From an uncultured bacterium (GTDB taxonomy: Bacteria > Oederibacteriota > Oederibacteriia > Oederibacteriales > Oederibacteriaceae), in contig OZ218778.1 of NCBI GenBank assembly GCA_965112635.1, positions 608,001 to 672,000 of the forward strand: 64,000 bases of DNA. Direction: 5' to 3'. The notes below the pieces were generated by a model. The model did not search any database, was not told the DNA's origin, and saw only the letters and a list, made by a program, of their open reading frames with translations. Position numbers and translations under genes: made by a program. Shown here one piece after another: positions 8,127-17,209 of the stretch (position 1 is the first letter of the stretch; the number at the start of each line of letters is the position of its first letter).

Positions 8127-9158
8127 ATGGAATCCGTTACTCTAAGAGAGATCCTCAACCAGCCGGACATCTGGGCGCAGGAAATTATCTGTTCCCGGAA
8201 AGAAAAATGGTCCATCCCTCCTGCTGGAATGGGTCGCTGCACGGTCATTTTCGTGGGCTGCGGCACTTCTTATTATCTGGCGCAGTCCGCGGCCGCGGCC
8301 TACACCCGCCTGACCCGGCGTCCCAGCCGGGCGGTGCCGGGCTCAGAGGTTTTCCTGAATCCCAAGGACAATTTTTCTCCCCAGGAAAAGCTTTTGGCCG
8401 TGCCTATTTCCCGTTCCGGCACCACCACGGAAACCGTATGGGCCGCCCAGTATTTCCGCAAAAAGATGCATGTCCCTGTCCTTTCCATCACCTGCTACCC
8501 TGACAGCGCCCTGGCCAAAGCGGGCAACTGGAAGATTACGCTCCCCTATGTGCAGGAAAAAAGCGTGGTCATGACCGGCTCCTTTAGCTCGCAGCTTTTG
8601 GCCGTGGTGCTTGCCGCGGACCCCCAGATGGCCTTCAAGCTCAAGGGCCTGCCCCGCCAGGGCGAAAAACTCCTGACCCTTTACCAGCCCCTCATCCAGG
8701 CGCTGAGCAAAAATCCTAAAAAGTTCGACCACTTCGTTTTTTGCGGCCAGGGGCTTTTTTACGGCATCGCCAACGAAGCCATGCTCAAGATGAAAGAAAT
8801 GACCCTGTCCTTTTCCGAGGCCTACCACGCCCTGGAATACCGCCACGGCCCCAAAAGCATTGTCACCAAGAAAACCCTGCTCACGGTGTTCCTGACGGAA
8901 ACAGGGATGAAGCAGGAGATCCGGTTCTTGAGCGACATGAAAAAATTGGGGGCCCGCACACTGGTCATGGCCCCTGCGGCCACCAAGGAGATCAAGCGTC
9001 ACGCGGATTATTTGATCGAGCTGGGCACGACCGTGCCCGAGCCAGGCCGGATGTTCCTGGCCATTGCCCTGGTCCAGCTTTTCGGATATTACCGCGCGAT
9101 GGCCAAAGGCATCAATCCCGACTCCCCCAAAAACCTGACCCAAGTGGTCCATTTGTAG
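8127..9158 (+). CDS. Double-SIS-domain sugar-phosphate isomerase/deaminase (AgaS/FrlB/GlmS-isomerase-like)
   Basis: TLREILNQP, GCGTSYY, ISRSGTTTET, EKSVVMTGSFS, EAMLKMKE, EYRHGPKS, NPDSPKNL; no glutaminase domain. ATG 8127 follows AAGGAAGG. Confidence 0.88.
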   Translation: MESVTLREILNQPDIWAQEIICSRKEKWSIPPAGMGRCTVIFVGCGTSYYLAQSAAAAYTRLTRRPSRAVPGSEVFLNPKDNFSPQEKLLAVPISRSGTTTETVWAAQYFRKKMHVPVLSITCYPDSALAKAGNWKITLPYVQEKSVVMTGSFSSQLLAVVLAADPQMAFKLKGLPRQGEKLLTLYQPLIQALSKNPKKFDHFVFCGQGLFYGIANEAMLKMKEMTLSFSEAYHALEYRHGPKSIVTKKTLLTVFLTETGMKQEIRFLSDMKKLGARTLVMAPAATKEIKRHADYLIELGTTVPEPGRMFLAIALVQLFGYYRAMAKGINPDSPKNLTQVVHL

Positions 9159-9162
9159 AACT

Positions 9163-10095
9163 ATGAAAAAACTAGACCTTTTGGTGGTCGGCGAACTCAA
9201 CTGCGACCTTATTTTGGACAAACTCCAGGAGTTCCCCAAGCTGGGCAAAGAGCAGCTAAGCGACTCCATGTCCTTGACCCTAGGAAGTTCGTCCGCCATT
9301 TTTGCCAGCAACGCCTCTGCCCTGGGCCTTAAAACCGCTTTTACCGGCAAGCTGGGCCAGGATATGCTGGGTGACCTGGTGATGTCCAGCCTGAAAAAAA
9401 GAAAAGTGGACACCAGCCGTATTAGCCGCCAGCACCGTTACAATACCGGGATCTCCGTTCATCTAAATTTTAATGCTGACCGGGCCATCCTGACCTACAA
9501 AGGACCCATGGATGATTTCCGGTTTTCCGACCTGGATTGGAATTTCATAAAAACCGCCCGCCACTTGCACCTTTCTTCCTATTACCTGCAAAAAGGTCTG
9601 CAGCCGGGCTGTCCTGCTCTTTTTAAAAAAGCCAAAACCCTCGGCCTTTCCACTTCCCTGGACACTAATTGGGACCCGGAAGATAAATGGGGCAATAAAA
9701 TTTATAAGGTGCTGCCGTATGTGGATATTTTTATGCCCAATGAGAATGAAGCTTTACGCCTGGCCCGTGCCTCTTCCCTCAAACACGCCATGGCCATCCT
9801 CTCCCGCTACGCGGGAATGGTCGTGGTCAAATGCGGCAAAAAAGGCGCTCTTGTCCAACAAGGTCATAAGACCTATCACCACCCTGGCATCAGGGTAAAA
9901 GCCGTCGACCCGGTAGGCGCTGGTGACAGTTTTGACGCGGGTTTTATCACGAAATTCTTAAAGGGCGGTTCTTTGGAAGAATGCTTGATATTTGGTAATG
10001 TTTGCGGGGCTTTTTCCACCACCTGCCCCGGCGGCACGGCGGCATTCGACAATATATCCAAATTCTGGTCTTTTGCTAAAAACCATACCCGTTAA
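9163..10095 (+). CDS. PfkB/ribokinase-family carbohydrate kinase
   Basis: VVGELNCDL, LGSSSAIFA, FMPNENEA, DPVGAGDSFDAGF. Confidence 0.92.
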   Translation: MKKLDLLVVGELNCDLILDKLQEFPKLGKEQLSDSMSLTLGSSSAIFASNASALGLKTAFTGKLGQDMLGDLVMSSLKKRKVDTSRISRQHRYNTGISVHLNFNADRAILTYKGPMDDFRFSDLDWNFIKTARHLHLSSYYLQKGLQPGCPALFKKAKTLGLSTSLDTNWDPEDKWGNKIYKVLPYVDIFMPNENEALRLARASSLKHAMAILSRYAGMVVVKCGKKGALVQQGHKTYHHPGIRVKAVDPVGAGDSFDAGFITKFLKGGSLEECLIFGNVCGAFSTTCPGGTAAFDNISKFWSFAKNHTR

Positions 10096-10129
10096 TTTCC
10101 GCTAAGGCAGATCACCAATCCAAACTATT

Positions 10130-11071
10130 TCACTTTGACAATTCTTTACTAGCGATGTCCAAGACCACGACCTCCTTCGGGCTCAGACGCCACCCTAAAG
10201 CGCCCGTTATTTCCTTGGCCTGCACCGCGTTCTTGACCCCCGGGATAGGCAAAGCCCCCTTGCAGATGACCCAGTTGAGCGCAACCTGAGCCCCGGTTTT
10301 CCCGCGTCTTTTTCCTATATCCTCGAGCTTCCGCAGCAAGGGCTGGATCTGCTCCAGATATTTCCGGCCGTATTTCTTGGCTCTGCGGCCCAATGGAGGA
10401 TGGGACGGGGTGTACTTGCCGGAGAGCATGCCCATACCCAGAGGGCTGTAGGCGATCACTTTAATATGGAGTTCTTTGCACAGCTTCAACAGCCCGTTGA
10501 ACTCAATTTTACGGTTGAGCAAACTGTACTCCACCTGGTTGCAGGCCAGCGGGATTCCGCGCACAGTCAGCATCCGGTGGGCTTTTTTCATCAAGGGGAT
10601 GCCAAAATTGGAAACCCCGACATGTCTGGCTAAACCTTTTTCCACGGCATCGCCAAGACCTTCAATCCAAATTTCGTTCAACTTACCCTTGTCAGGCCAA
10701 TGGATCATATAGAGGTCTACCTGTTTACGGCCCAACCTTTTCATACTCCCTCGCAGGGCGCCCAAGAGCTGGGACTTTTTAGAACGATGGTTGACCGGCC
10801 CGAATTTGGTGCCGACCATGATGCCCCGGCCTGAAAAAGCCAGGAGCTTGCCGAGAACTTTTTCGGATTCACCGCCCCCATAAAGCTCAGCGGTGTCAAA
10901 AAACTTGATCCCCTTTTTGACGCATACTTTAAAGGCTTCTTTCAGGTCGTTCTCATCGCAGATGCCCTGGCCGGAACCGAACCACATCCAGTTGTCTTTC
11001 CAGGCCCAGGTCCCGATACCCATGGGTAAGGCGTCCAAAAAGTTTTTTTCAGTCCTTTTTGTTTTATTCAT
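10130..11071 (-). CDS. Aldo/keto reductase
   Basis: GIGTWAW, FFDTAELYG, DLYMIHWP, VGVSNF, NQVEYSLL, AYSPLG, LPIPG. Confidence 0.92.
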   Translation of the reverse strand: MNKTKRTEKNFLDALPMGIGTWAWKDNWMWFGSGQGICDENDLKEAFKVCVKKGIKFFDTAELYGGGESEKVLGKLLAFSGRGIMVGTKFGPVNHRSKKSQLLGALRGSMKRLGRKQVDLYMIHWPDKGKLNEIWIEGLGDAVEKGLARHVGVSNFGIPLMKKAHRMLTVRGIPLACNQVEYSLLNRKIEFNGLLKLCKELHIKVIAYSPLGMGMLSGKYTPSHPPLGRRAKKYGRKYLEQIQPLLRKLEDIGKRRGKTGAQVALNWVICKGALPIPGVKNAVQAKEITGALGWRLSPKEVVVLDIASKELSK

Positions 11072-11089
11072 CCCTGCTCCTCTCCTGCC

Positions 11090-11800
11090 CTACGGCAGAT
11101 CAAAAAGTAAAAGTTCTGTTTCCTCTCTGGCCGAAAAATCCATTATGCCGCTGGGTTTATTATCCAGGCTAAAACTGGCTCCGTCTCCGGCCTTGAGCGG
11201 GTGATTGCAAAAAATCGCTTCCCCGCGCACCACCTGCACCCAGGCATGACGCTCGGCCTTTAATGAATAAAGCAGGTTCTGCCCTGGGGTCATGATGGTC
11301 GCCAGGATAAAAGCGTTTTGGCGGATGGTCAAGGACCCGCTCTGTCCCTCGGGAGAACAGAGGAGGCACCATTGGTTCAACTTTTGCATCCTGTCAAAAG
11401 AGGCCTGGTCGTACCGGGAGGCCGCCTTGGCCTTTTCCGGCTCGATCCAGATCTGCAGCAGGCGCAAGGGCTCTTTGTCCGAGGCGTTGTACTCGCTGTG
11501 CAAAATACCTTTGCCCGCGCTGATCCTCTGCACTTCACCCTCGCGGACAAGCCCCTCCACTTTGAGGCTGTCCTGGTGCCGCAGGGTGCCCTGGACGATG
11601 TAGGTGACGATCTCCATATGACGATGTTCATGGAGCTCAAACCCGTTGCCGCCCTCGATCATGTCCTCGTTGAGGACCTTGAGGCATCTGAATCCCATGT
11701 GGGCGGGGTCCCTGTAGTCGGCAAAAGAAAAGGAATAATAGGTCTTGAGCCAGCCTAAATTGGCGTGGCCTCTTTGGGAGGCAGGTCTTAAGGTCACCAT
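11090..11800 (-). CDS. Pirin-family protein (YhhW-like)
   Basis: RGHANLGWL..SFSFADYRDP, HEHRHMEI, AGKGILHSEYN, LLQIWI. Confidence 0.92.
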   Translation of the reverse strand: MVTLRPASQRGHANLGWLKTYYSFSFADYRDPAHMGFRCLKVLNEDMIEGGNGFELHEHRHMEIVTYIVQGTLRHQDSLKVEGLVREGEVQRISAGKGILHSEYNASDKEPLRLLQIWIEPEKAKAASRYDQASFDRMQKLNQWCLLCSPEGQSGSLTIRQNAFILATIMTPGQNLLYSLKAERHAWVQVVRGEAIFCNHPLKAGDGASFSLDNKPSGIMDFSAREETELLLFDLP

Positions 11801-11860
11801 ATAATCTCCTCGGCTAGCAAGAAAGATTAAAGGACCAGGGAGAGTCCTGGGTTAAGGGGT

Positions 11861-12817
11861 TTAGTACAAGAAATAGACGGACAAACGCTCCATATCAGGG
11901 ATATTGCTGTCAGCTTCGATGGACTCGCTGAAGTCAAAACCAAAAGAAAATGGCTTGTCGTGTACCCTCACTCCGATGCCGTAGGTAAAAGCCGGGGTTT
12001 CCTGCTTGAAGCGGTACCCGAATCTGGCCCCGAGGGTGTCCTTGAGCCAGTATTCCGCTCCCAGGGCTTCGTAAAAAAAGCCGTCGCTGGGCTGTACGCC
12101 GTCCGCGGAAATCATAAAATTATACACATCATTATGGAGGATACGGTCAGAGATACCAACTCTGTAGGTGACAGGCATGTTCTCCGCCAGGGAAATAAAG
12201 GTCATAGGCAGGCCCAAATTTTGGATCGCCGCCCCTATCTTAAGATCCGGCAGGCCTTGCGGGACAAAGAGAGTACCCAGGTCCACGGCTTCCCCCTGGG
12301 CTTTACTATCGCCCAATTGTCTGCTGATGTATTTGGCGCCCGCTCCCCAGAACCATTCCGAGGTAAAACTGGAACCATAGGCCAGGTCCACCGCCAGGTC
12401 ATTGGCAGAAAAAATAGTTCCGCTGTTTCCATCAGGGTCGCTGGCCGTGGTGACCAGCAAGCCGGTCATCCATAGATAGTTCACGCTGAGGCCGACTGTT
12501 CCCATGCCCCCCAAAGATTGGGCCATAGCAAAATATTCCTGGGAAACATCCGGAGACAGTTGGGTATGCATGAAATTGATCTCGTTTTTGGCCAGAGTGG
12601 CCAGACCGGCGGTATTGTAATAAATGGTATCAACGCTGTCCGCCACGCCGGTAAAAGCCCCCGCCATGCTGTTGGGTTTGGCTCCGATCGGCACGGTCAA
12701 GAAAGAAGCGCCCGTTTGTCCGGTGCCATGGCCCAGGCCCGGTAACAGGCTGAGGACGGATAAAAGCACAAACCCTGCGAACCATGAACGATGCTTCAAT
12801 TTGATCTCCTTGGTCAT
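11861..12817 (-). CDS. PorV/PorQ-family (UPF0164) outer-membrane barrel
   Basis: Signal peptide, then GASFLTVPIGAKPNSMAGAFTGVADSVDTIYYNTAGLA; DLAVDLAYG; AVDLG; IQNLG; aromatic C-terminus. Confidence 0.82.
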   Translation of the reverse strand: MTKEIKLKHRSWFAGFVLLSVLSLLPGLGHGTGQTGASFLTVPIGAKPNSMAGAFTGVADSVDTIYYNTAGLATLAKNEINFMHTQLSPDVSQEYFAMAQSLGGMGTVGLSVNYLWMTGLLVTTASDPDGNSGTIFSANDLAVDLAYGSSFTSEWFWGAGAKYISRQLGDSKAQGEAVDLGTLFVPQGLPDLKIGAAIQNLGLPMTFISLAENMPVTYRVGISDRILHNDVYNFMISADGVQPSDGFFYEALGAEYWLKDTLGARFGYRFKQETPAFTYGIGVRVHDKPFSFGFDFSESIEADSNIPDMERLSVYFLY

Positions 12818-13338
12818 CTGATCAGCACGATCCTGCGAACGGATCTATTCCCCTCGCTTTGGATCACGCAAAAATAAACCCCCGAGACCACATAGTTATG
12901 GCCGGTATCGCAAAAATACCATTGGCAGGAATTATTGACGATGTCAGAACTGGAAAAAGAAAACACTTTGTCCCAGCCGAGGGTGTATATCTGCACGGAC
13001 CCGTCAGAGGGCACCTTGTCGATCGTGACATAACTCGCCCCGGCCTGGAAATTCTTGACCACATTGGGATAGACCCTGGCGTTGACCACAGAAGGCGTGG
13101 TCGTCGAGGTAGGTGTTTCCGTCGCTGTGTAAGTACACGACCCAGTGCAGCCGCAAGTTGGGGTTTCCGTGGCAGTTTCAGTAGAGGTGAGAGTAGCAGT
13201 TTCCGTGGCTGTCTCCGTTGGAGTATTCGTCATGGTGGCGGTTGAGGTGCTCTGGGCATGGACCGGATTTCCAAAGTGCAAGCATATCCCGAGAATGAAA
13301 CATGTTAGAATCAACTTCACCAGGGAATTTCTCAACAA
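12814..13338 (-). CDS. Secreted Thr-rich protein with T9SS type-A/FlgD-Ig-like C-terminal domain
   Basis: Signal peptide (VHA), T/E/A/P linker, VYPN..VQIYTL..W..D..SGVYF..I..R.IVLIR; ATGA overlap with the PorV-family gene. Confidence 0.65.
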   Translation of the reverse strand: MLRNSLVKLILTCFILGICLHFGNPVHAQSTSTATMTNTPTETATETATLTSTETATETPTCGCTGSCTYTATETPTSTTTPSVVNARVYPNVVKNFQAGASYVTIDKVPSDGSVQIYTLGWDKVFSFSSSDIVNNSCQWYFCDTGHNYVVSGVYFCVIQSEGNRSVRRIVLIR

Positions 13339-13463
13339 TCTCTCCTAATAACAGAATAGATGCCCTTAAACAACACAGTATTATGGTGAAAAAATAACAA
13401 AAAAGCAAGGCTGGGTGATGTTATGATTATAAAGAAGCCTATATAAACCGGGAGGTTTTACGG

Positions 13464-13988
13464 TTGAAACCTGAAGAAGTTAAAGATTTATTCCTGCAAC
13501 TGGGCCAAAGATTGTCTGCCAAGGCTGACGTCGTGCTGGTCTACCTGGATATCGCCTATTTGGATGAATTTGCCATGCGTTACGGCCCTAAACGGAGGGA
13601 CGAGTTCATCTCGGCGGCGGGGTTGATCATCGCGGATGTGACCAAGGATTTTGGCGGAAACGACGATAAAACCTTTGCTTTGGATGGAGGTTCCTTCCTG
13701 GTCATTTCCACCCTGCAAAAGCATCTTTCCCTTATCCCCCGCATCACCGGTCTTTTTAATGAACTGTCCGTCTATCAGTATCCCCAAAAAGACTGGCAGT
13801 GGGAACTCCGCGGTCTGCAATATAGGGACCGCAAAAAACCGGATGTCTCCCTGGCTGGCTTGAGGGTCCATGTGGTCACGGACATTGATAAAATAAAAAA
13901 GATCATGGATAAGTCTTCTGGACAGGATTCCATCGATACGCTCATCAAATTGAAAGAAGAGTCGATCATGGAAAGGATTGAACTGTGA
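13464..13988 (+). CDS. Degenerate stand-alone GGDEF-like protein
   Basis: VYLDIAYLDEFAMRYG..RDEFI aligns with LDIDxFKxxNDxYG..GD; the active-site motif reads DGGSF. Confidence 0.55.
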   Translation: MKPEEVKDLFLQLGQRLSAKADVVLVYLDIAYLDEFAMRYGPKRRDEFISAAGLIIADVTKDFGGNDDKTFALDGGSFLVISTLQKHLSLIPRITGLFNELSVYQYPQKDWQWELRGLQYRDRKKPDVSLAGLRVHVVTDIDKIKKIMDKSSGQDSIDTLIKLKEESIMERIEL

Positions 13989-14671
13989 CAATGACTCCCT
14001 CTAGCCCTTTTTTTAGATATCAAAGAATCCTCATTCTCATGACCTTATTGATCGGTGGCTGCTACACGGCGCTAAGGGGAACTTCCTTTGCAGACCAGGG
14101 GAAAGAGGCCTATTTAGCGGGAAATCTGGATAAAGCCATTTATTGGCTGGAAAAAAGCCTGGCCAACAACGAAAACCCCATACAAGTCCAGATCTATCTC
14201 ACCAATGCTTATATATTGAAAGCCCAACGCTGCCTTCAAAAGGGGCAATTAGAAGACGCCCGGGATCTGTTGAATAAAGCCGCCCAGCTCAATCCCGATA
14301 AGGCCGAGATCCAATACCTTCTCGACAAAACCCAGCGTTCTATTAAGACCAAAAGGTTATATCTCGCCGGCAATCAATCCTATAAGGCCGGAAACCTGCT
14401 TGACGCTGTAAAAAATTGGCGGGCTGCCTTGAAACTCAAACCCAATGACCGATCTGTTTTGGACGCCTTGAAAAAAACCCGTTCCGAGACGACCTCGCTA
14501 TCCAAAAAATATTACAAAAAAGGTTTGGGCCATTTTGCCGCAGGCGAATATGAAGAAGCGGTCCTAGCCTGGAAAGACGTTCTCCTTCTGGAACCCGACC
14601 ATCCCACGGCTCAAAAAGACATTGAAAAAGCAACCAGGGAATTGGAGGGCTTGAAAAAACGCGGGCTCTGA
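13985..14671 (+). CDS. TPR-repeat (lipo)protein
   Basis: Possible lipobox IGGC; repeated G..AY..G....A...L...P helical TPR pattern. Confidence 0.8.
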   Translation: MTMTPSSPFFRYQRILILMTLLIGGCYTALRGTSFADQGKEAYLAGNLDKAIYWLEKSLANNENPIQVQIYLTNAYILKAQRCLQKGQLEDARDLLNKAAQLNPDKAEIQYLLDKTQRSIKTKRLYLAGNQSYKAGNLLDAVKNWRAALKLKPNDRSVLDALKKTRSETTSLSKKYYKKGLGHFAAGEYEEAVLAWKDVLLLEPDHPTAQKDIEKATRELEGLKKRGL

Positions 14672-14752
14672 CCAGAGCCGTAAAGAACGATTGGAAGTCC
14701 CGAAAGAAAAAACGGATCCTGGATCAGCCTGCGAAGGCATGGGAGCAAGAAT

Positions 14753-16735
14753 ATGTTCGGCCGGAAAAACAAAAAGATCGTTATCTCTAGTAATAAACAG
14801 TCACTTCCTGCCCTGAGGAAATGCATCAAAGAAATTCTTCTAAGATCAGGATTTTCCAACTCCGAGGTAGACGACGTGATCCTCGCCGCTGATGAGGCCT
14901 GCACGAATATCATCGACCACGCCTATCAAAACATTCCAGACCAAAAGATTATTTTTCACATCGCGGTAACACCGCAGGGGGTCACTCTGTCTTTTCAGGA
15001 CCAGGGCCACAGGCTCCCTTTGGAAGTGGCGGAAAAATTCAATATACCCAGACACATATGTCCCCCAGCCAAGAGCCCCAGGCCTCGCGCCACAGGGGGT
15101 TGGGGGATTTTTCTGATGAATAACTTGATGGACCATTTGCGCTATCGTTATCACAACGGGTGGAACCATCTGCAGATGTTCAAATACCGGCTTTCCGCAA
15201 AAACCCGCGACGGCCTAGCCGGAACGCCAGTCCCAAAAATGAGGCTCTCCGGCTTGTTCTTCCAGCTCAACAGCCTGTCCTCGCTGGTGGTGCTGGTCAC
15301 CGTGATGACCATCAGCTTCTTCGTCCTTACCATGGTCAAGCAGACTTTAAAAAAGCAGGCGGAACTAAGGGGCGTGGGCTTGATCAGGAACATGACCGGA
15401 GAATGCATCTCCCCTTTGCTTACGGACGATAATCCCGCCTTGGCCGCCCTTGTGAAAAGATCAGAATCCAATCCTGACCTCCTTTATAGTGCCGTGGTGG
15501 ATGACCAGAATGCTATCCGGGCGCAAAGCGAGGGCAATATCCTGGACGCCTCATTTGCTTTTGAAAAGTATATCGACCCCTCTTTCAAAATAGACAATAT
15601 CGAGGGACGCTACTACAGCTGGAAAGGCGAGAACATCCTGGATCTGGCCGGTCCGGTGGTCATCACGAGGGGTACAAAAAAAATGAACCTCGGCAGGCTT
15701 CATCTCGGGATAGACCAAAAAGGGATCTCCCGGGTCATCACCCTGGCCTTGGGCAATATGATGGCCGTGACCCTTTTCGTCCTCGTCTTTTCATTAGCGG
15801 TCACCAGCATCCTGGCTTTTCTATTGGTCAAGCCGATCCAGACATTGGCGGCCGGGGTTCAGAAGATCGGGCAGGGACAGTTCGACCAGCGCATCGAGCT
15901 GAAAAGCAAGAACGAAATAGGTGAATTGGCCATGGCCTTCAACACTATGGCGGGCGATCTGAAATACGCCCAGGAGCTCCAGCAAAAACAGGTGAAGTTG
16001 GATCAGGAATTGGCCTTGGCCGCGCAGATTCAGAAACTGCTCCTTCCCGGCCGGCTTCCCGCGGTCCTTGGAGCGGAAGTGGGCATGGTCTACCGGTCGG
16101 CAGGCCAGATTGGCGGAGACTACCTGGACCTGATGATATTGGAAAAAAACCGTCTCGGTGTCTGCGTGGCCGATGTGGCCGGTAAGGGCATCCCGGCCGC
16201 TTTGCAGATGGTGAACGTCCGCAGCGCCTTAAGGTCCCTGGCTAAGAGCCAAGACTCTCCCAAAGAGGTCCTATGCCGTCTTAACGCCTCGCTGATAGAG
16301 GACACCACGCCCAACCGTTTCGTCACCATGATCTATGGGATCTTGGATATGGATCAAGGTGCTTTGGTTTTTGCCTCTTCCGGCCATTGCCCTCTACTTC
16401 TCTATGCAGGCCCGGGAAAAGAAGTGTTACAATATAGATCTACTGGCCTTCCCTTGGGGATCGAACGGGGCCAGGTCTTTGAATCAAACTTAAAGGAACA
16501 AAAGATACAACTGGAAAAAGGTCAGTCGGTCGTCCTTTATTCTGATGGGATCACGGAAGCGATGAATGGCTACCGCCAGCAGTATGGCGATTCCAGGCTT
16601 TGCCGTGCTTTGCAAAACCAGGCTGCTCGATCCGCGCAGCAGATCGCCGATGGGATCAGCGAGGATGTGACGGAATTCGTCAGCGGTTTTGCTCAGAGTG
16701 ATGATTTCAGCCTGATCGTAGTGAAGAAAATCTAA
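14753..16735 (+). CDS. Membrane partner-switching protein: RsbW-like kinase + 2TM sensor + HAMP + SpoIIE/RsbU phosphatase
   Basis: LAADEACTNIIDHAY, DQG, GGWGIFLM (HATPase_c_2); KPIQTL..NEIGELAMAFNTM (HAMP); IGGDYLD, VADVAGKG, LYSDGITEA, QSDDFS (PP2C). Confidence 0.88.
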   Translation: MFGRKNKKIVISSNKQSLPALRKCIKEILLRSGFSNSEVDDVILAADEACTNIIDHAYQNIPDQKIIFHIAVTPQGVTLSFQDQGHRLPLEVAEKFNIPRHICPPAKSPRPRATGGWGIFLMNNLMDHLRYRYHNGWNHLQMFKYRLSAKTRDGLAGTPVPKMRLSGLFFQLNSLSSLVVLVTVMTISFFVLTMVKQTLKKQAELRGVGLIRNMTGECISPLLTDDNPALAALVKRSESNPDLLYSAVVDDQNAIRAQSEGNILDASFAFEKYIDPSFKIDNIEGRYYSWKGENILDLAGPVVITRGTKKMNLGRLHLGIDQKGISRVITLALGNMMAVTLFVLVFSLAVTSILAFLLVKPIQTLAAGVQKIGQGQFDQRIELKSKNEIGELAMAFNTMAGDLKYAQELQQKQVKLDQELALAAQIQKLLLPGRLPAVLGAEVGMVYRSAGQIGGDYLDLMILEKNRLGVCVADVAGKGIPAALQMVNVRSALRSLAKSQDSPKEVLCRLNASLIEDTTPNRFVTMIYGILDMDQGALVFASSGHCPLLLYAGPGKEVLQYRSTGLPLGIERGQVFESNLKEQKIQLEKGQSVVLYSDGITEAMNGYRQQYGDSRLCRALQNQAARSAQQIADGISEDVTEFVSGFAQSDDFSLIVVKKI

Positions 16736-16770
16736 GGCCCGAAACACCCCATTATAAGGAGGGCGGGGGA

Positions 16771-17130
16771 ATGGCAAATTCTGATAATTTAATAGTAAAA
16801 ATAGATAAGTCCCGGGTCAAAAATGGTTTCAAAGTGACCCTTGAAGGCTGCCTGGACGCTGACACGGCCACGGTTCTTTCGGAAAAACTTTACCCCCTCA
16901 TCAAACCTGGGATCAGAATGATCCTGGACATGAAAGAAATCGATTTCGTCAACAGTCCTGGTTGGGGCACCTTGGTCATCCTGGCCAAGGAAGTGAACAG
17001 CAACGAGGGCAGGATAGCGATTTATAACACGACTCCCAGTGTGGAAAAGATCTACACCATGCTTTGTTTGAGTCCGATCCTTCCCCATTTTTCCAATGAG
17101 GAATCCGCGGTCAAATACGCGGAAAAGTGA
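16771..17130 (+). CDS. STAS-domain anti-sigma-factor antagonist
   Basis: LEGCLDA..ILDMKEIDFVNSPGWG; Ser retained at the SpoIIAA/RsbV phosphoacceptor position. Confidence 0.85.
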   Translation: MANSDNLIVKIDKSRVKNGFKVTLEGCLDADTATVLSEKLYPLIKPGIRMILDMKEIDFVNSPGWGTLVILAKEVNSNEGRIAIYNTTPSVEKIYTMLCLSPILPHFSNEESAVKYAEK

Positions 17131-17209
17131 AGTTTACCGACAGGGTCTGCTGTCCAGCAAACATTTTTCCAGTACAAACCGGTTTTAAGGAAGTTCAAGA
17201 AAGGTTGCG

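Noticed and set aside
8343-9413. Long antisense or shadow ORFs (also 27799-28542, 45673-46551, 39512-40240 and ORFs inside 1-1497 and 61613-64000)
   Set aside because: They lie opposite or within well-supported genes and show no motifs; expected from codon bias.
13100-13240. Thr-rich tandem DNA repeats as a non-coding array
   Set aside because: They are explained by the encoded T/E/A/P linker.
14672-14752. c-di-GMP riboswitch before the RsbW-SpoIIE gene
   Set aside because: Contains CGAAAG but lacks the paired P1/P2 stems and GCAAA context of class I riboswitches.
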